Origin: Dimorphilus gyrociliatus
Lineage: Eukaryota; Animalia; Annelida
Length of the DNA stretch: 64,000 bases
Direction of reading: 5' to 3'
Assembly (NCBI GenBank): GCA_904063045.1
Contig: CAJFCJ010000006.1
Location: forward strand, 5,410,408-5,474,407
The first letter of the stretch is position 1, and every line of letters begins with the position of its first letter. Position numbers and translations under genes: made by a program. The notes beneath the pieces are model-generated. The model ran no database searches. It had not been told where the DNA came from and saw only the letters and a program-made list of their open reading frames with translations. This document shows positions 59,801 through 64,000 of the stretch, piece after piece.

Positions 59801-62800
59801 CATATAAATCCGTCCCAAGCATTTTACGATCAAACTAGCAAATTTTGCAATAAACAGATTGGAGGTCACTTTTTCTCAGCTTTTAGGGTTTCACCTTTAG
59901 CTAATAATAATAATAATTATAATAATAATATATCGCTGCTCAATGATATTGAATCAGATCACCGTTCTAGAAATATATCTTCCGCATCAATCAGGACAAA
60001 GTCTTTACCATTAGTTAGTTTTACAACAGCTCCCGGTTACGTGCCTGTTCCAATGATTGAACAAGAAGTTTTCAGATCAATTAGTCAAGAGCATAGCATG
60101 GATTTTACAGTAATAGAACTAACAGAGTCATTAGTCGATTATAAGGAATCAACAATTCACTTTGAACCTATATCAGAAGGAACAAGTCTTTGGATTGATA
60201 CATGGAACGGTCCTCACGAGTGTGTTGTTCATAGTGTGTCAGTGGCTGTTCAAATTGATAATAATAGTTGCTTTACTGACATGGTATTACTAAGGAATAA
60301 TAATTCAGTGCAAAGAGGGGATTCGGGTTGTGTTTATATTCGCCAGAATCGTTTGTATTTAATACACCTGGGCAGAATAACCTACGAATTGGAAGAGAGA
60401 TCGAAAAAATTTAGCTTTAATGTAGCTGTTCCTTTGAAGAACGAATGGGACTTGATGAAAAAAGCAATTATTTGTAGGAAAATTAAACTGGGGTTAGACT
60501 AAACAAAAAAAAAAACGAATTCATTCACTATAGAAAATGAAGACTCTCTAAGTACATTATAGGTCCTGCTGCTGCGTTTAGTTATTTTTTTATTTTTTAT
60601 CAAAACACAACCAACTTTTTTTAATTTCTTACAAGTTTACATTTGTTTTTTTATTTTATTTTATATCCGTATATCTTACGTCATTCTAGTGCTTACCTCT
60701 CGTTACTAGTCGAATGACTGATAGTATTACACCGATAGCAGACTTACTTAGAAGAAGTTATCTGATCTTTCAATGGGCTTTATAATTTTTTTCTGGCTGC
60801 TTTATAGTATTTAATCTTTTCTTTGTATTTAGTAAATAAAATTTGTGATAAGATATTATTTTGTATTGATAAATGTACGTTGTAAAGGGGAGGAAATAAG
60901 AAAAAATTGTATGACTAAGAGAAATGTTGGCTATATAGAAGAGTTATCCATGAGGCAATATTTCACACTCTTTAGGTTCGTTTTGAGGCTTGGCTAAGTG
61001 GGGTTAAAAGTTCTCTTGTAAGTCGGCACGTAAAAGGTGGTGGGGTACGAATTGATTTCAGAGCTAACGAATATTTCATTTATAGACCTTAATAAGACGT
61101 ATAGTGTAAACAAGTAAGAATATTGGAATTTATTCTTACTGAACTTGGAACTTTGTTCGAATTCTAATTAGTATCATTTGTTTGTTGAAGTGGAAATAAA
61201 ATTCGAATCTTAATGAGTAAACAACTGCAAATGATTTTTCTTAATTTACAAGGTATCTATTCGCGCTGCAAATACGAAGAGATCTACTTACTGGCGTCAT
61301 ACCGTGCCAAGACCATACTGCCGTTCTCCTTGCTTCCTACATTGCACAAGGTTAGTGAAATTTAAAAACTTTAAATGCGTGCGGATGATCAAAAGAAGGA
61401 AAATGTTATTGACTAATGATAATATCATTCCAGCTGAATTGGGAGATTTCATTGAGGATGAATATGTCGATCATACGTACTTGAAAACGTTAAGGCTCCT
61501 TCCAAATCAAACGGATGATTTAGAAATTAAAATAATGGAACATCATAGAGAACATATGTTAGTAGTGTTTTTTATTTAAAAGCTTCTTGTTTAGTTAAGT
61601 GATTTCTATAAAAACTGATTGTTTACTTAAATAGAGGACAAACCCCACCTGATGCAGAATTCAATCTACTCGATACCGCCCGGAAAGTAGAGCTGTACGG
61701 AATTAAAATGCACCCCGCAAAGGTACTGGTAAGGCACACTTTATCGTGCATGCTGCAATTAATTTATCTATTGTTATTTTTCTTTCAATTGTCATACTTC
61801 TGTTGGCTTCTTTATTTTTCTCATAAAAACGAAATTTCCTTCAGAACATTTAGTACTACATTATCTCTATTTTCAGGACCACGAAGGAGTGTCACTTAAC
61901 TTAGCCGTCGCTCATATGGGCGTTTTAGTCTTTCAAGGATATACGAAAATCAATACATTTTCATGGGCTAAAATCAGGAAATTGTCGTTCAAGCGCAAGA
62001 AGTTCTTAACTAAACTTCATCCCGAAGGCTACGTAAGTTCCTATTAGTGTCAAATTCTATTGTGGTTACTCTTTCTTCAATTTAACAAGGTTTTTCTCTC
62101 TCTTACACATGCGTACACTCTCTTTCTCTCACATCCCTATCTCTATCTGTCTATCTCATTTATGCGTTTATCTGTCAATCTATCTATCTATCTATCTTTT
62201 TCCTATTCTTAAAGCATGCATTACTTATTATTATTTGGTAAAGAAGAGAGTTTTTTATTTTAGAGTTTTTATCATTGAATATTTATCTAAAAAAAAATTG
62301 TCAATTTCCTGTTTATTATTCATATTCTCTATTTAAATATGACTTTCTTTACGTGACGATAGGCCGAGGTAACAAGGATGAGCATAAATGTTCTTATTAT
62401 TTTATTCTTATTGGTGTTATATTTTTACCCATTAGAAAGAGCTTATTAAGCATGAAAATAAATTTGCTTATTATCTTATACCCCGAAGACACCTACAAAT
62501 AATAATAGTTGCTATTATTAAGTTATACAGTATAGTCTTTTTTAGTAAGATTTAGCGTACACTCTTATTTAATTTGTCGTAGTTGTGTCAGTATTTCCCT
62601 ACGAATTCATTATGGAAAAGATTGAAAAGAGAAATGCTTTTTTTGTTCGTTAAATAGGGTTATTATAAGGATACAGTCGAATTTTACTTTGACACAAGAA
62701 ACGAATGTAAAAACTTCTGGAAGAAATGTATTGAACATCACGCCTTTTTCCGTTGTCATTCTGTAAAAAGATTAGCTAGAAATAAGACAAGAGTCGTCAG

Positions 62801-64000
62801 CAAAGGATCATCATTCAGGTAATGTTAACAGCAAAAATAATATATTAAGAATTATAAATAATAATAAAATATATTTTTAATAGATACTGCGGAAGGACTC
62901 AAAAACAATTGACAGAATTTGTCAGGGATCATTTTGTTAAGAGGTCAACATTTGAAAGGTGAATAAAATTTTTTTTCCATATAGATGTTAAGTAACTTAA
63001 ATAGCGTTCTAGTTAAATATTATAAAAAGAAATAAATCGAAAAGCAACTGTATTTTGGTCGTTTATTGTAATTTAGTAAAAAAAAACAGAGTAAAAGCAT
63101 CTAAATTTACGATATCAATATTTTTTGCATGCTATCTTTTGTCGAATGCACAGAAAGTAAGCATTATGTTGTAGTTGACTGAGTAATTGTTCACTTAAAT
63201 GCTTTTATATGTACAGTATAGACATACAACTAATAGTATATATCTGATTATCTGATTCTCTTTTTCGTGCACTCTTGGTTTTCTGATTCGATACTATTTA
63301 ATTTGCTAGTAGATGAGATGGCTTCCTAATCTTAGCTTAGTAGTTGTAAATTGTATCGGATTGTAGCTTTCAGAAAACAGTATTCATTCTTAGTTGATCA
63401 ATTAATTATGAAGATTACAGGGCTGTTTGTTTGTTAAAACTGTTTTATTCATCGAGTGTTTTTACTTATTTAGATCAGCATCGCAGAGAACTATGGCTTC
63501 CGTTGGCAAAACGCCAACACCAAATACGGGAACATTGAACTCGAAGCATGAATTCCTTATGCATAATACGTCAAGTGGTTCACATACTCTTGAACGGGCA
63601 CACACGATCGAAGATGACGGTTCTCCCAAACGATCTGACCGAGCTAGAAGCACGGAAAGACCGAATGAAAAAAAGAAGTCAGCTTTGGAGCAGCTAGAGA
63701 GGACAACAAAAGGTGCTTCGGACGATTTCAATTATGAGTATTATCGGTTAAGTTATGACGATAAAATAGCTAATAGTAATCGCGTTAACGGTGTGCGTAA
63801 AATTTGTGCCGGTACAAATGACAATGATGACGGCGTTTCGCGTGGTTCGTATCATTTGAGTGTTGAGTGTTCGTTGGATAAGAGGGACTCTTCCTTAGAC
63901 GCACTTGACGATCATGCGCGATCCGAAAGTGACGTTGAGGAGTTGACTGTCGAAAAATCCGATTCCAATGAAAACGTAAAAAAGGTACAAGTTGTCTTAG
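53826..64000 (+). CDS. FARP1: FERM/RhoGEF/PH protein FARP1/2 (CDEP), 5' part: FERM + FERM-adjacent + linker; continues beyond the window
   Basis: Exons read [175 protein letters not shown] and GYYKDT are characteristic of FARP. FARP1 versus FARP2 cannot be distinguished. Confidence 0.88.
55099..55118. repeat. (TC)10 microsatellite in FARP intron
   Basis: Direct inspection. A short (ATCT)n run also occurs near 62178-62197. Confidence 0.8.
59139..60502 (+). CDS. Nested 2-exon gene in a FARP intron: signal-less trypsin/chymotrypsin-fold serine protease (~410 aa)
   Basis: Exon 59139-59386 (phase-2 donor GTAGGT) joins exon 59518-60502 in frame. Triad motifs: GLATIGFV...YGVTVNH (His 59792), MDFTVIEL (Asp 60101), QRGDSG (Ser 60323). 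No signal peptide and no S1A disulfide pattern. Confidence 0.75.

Noticed and set aside
63462-63731. Minus-strand [13 protein letters not shown]...
   Set aside because: Antisense to the open plus-strand FARP linker exon that runs off the window end.

Overview
AT-rich, very gene-dense animal genomic DNA with mostly ~55-65 bp GT-AG introns. The compact layout and gene content suggest a miniaturised lophotrochozoan genome such as the annelid Dimorphilus gyrociliatus (inference only). I assembled about 21 protein-coding genes by hand from ORFs and splice sites. Conserved genes: HTT (3' end), MPPE1, TGDS, ATP5PB, PTGES3, CHD7/8-kismet, head-to-head HSPE1/HSPD1, an H-NOX soluble guanylyl cyclase, TBCC, TBL1X/R1, POP5 and the 5' part of FARP1/2. 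Five lineage-specific genes stand out. (1) A protein of three tandem ZAP/PARP12-type zinc-finger RNA-binding modules with no WWE or PARP domain. (2) A head-to-head paralogue pair with N-terminal TM plus C-terminal GPI-like anchor (tetherin-like topology); one copy has two duplicated, partly overlapping alternative last exons. (3) A signal-less His-Asp-Ser trypsin-fold protease gene nested on the same strand in a FARP intron. (4) A secreted lysozyme-like / VWA / 17xEGF / 360-aa charged repeat / chitin-binding protein. (5) An orphan Cys-rich preproprotein. I found no tRNA, rRNA, CRISPR array or recognisable transposon. All family calls rest on motifs recognised by eye, not database searches.
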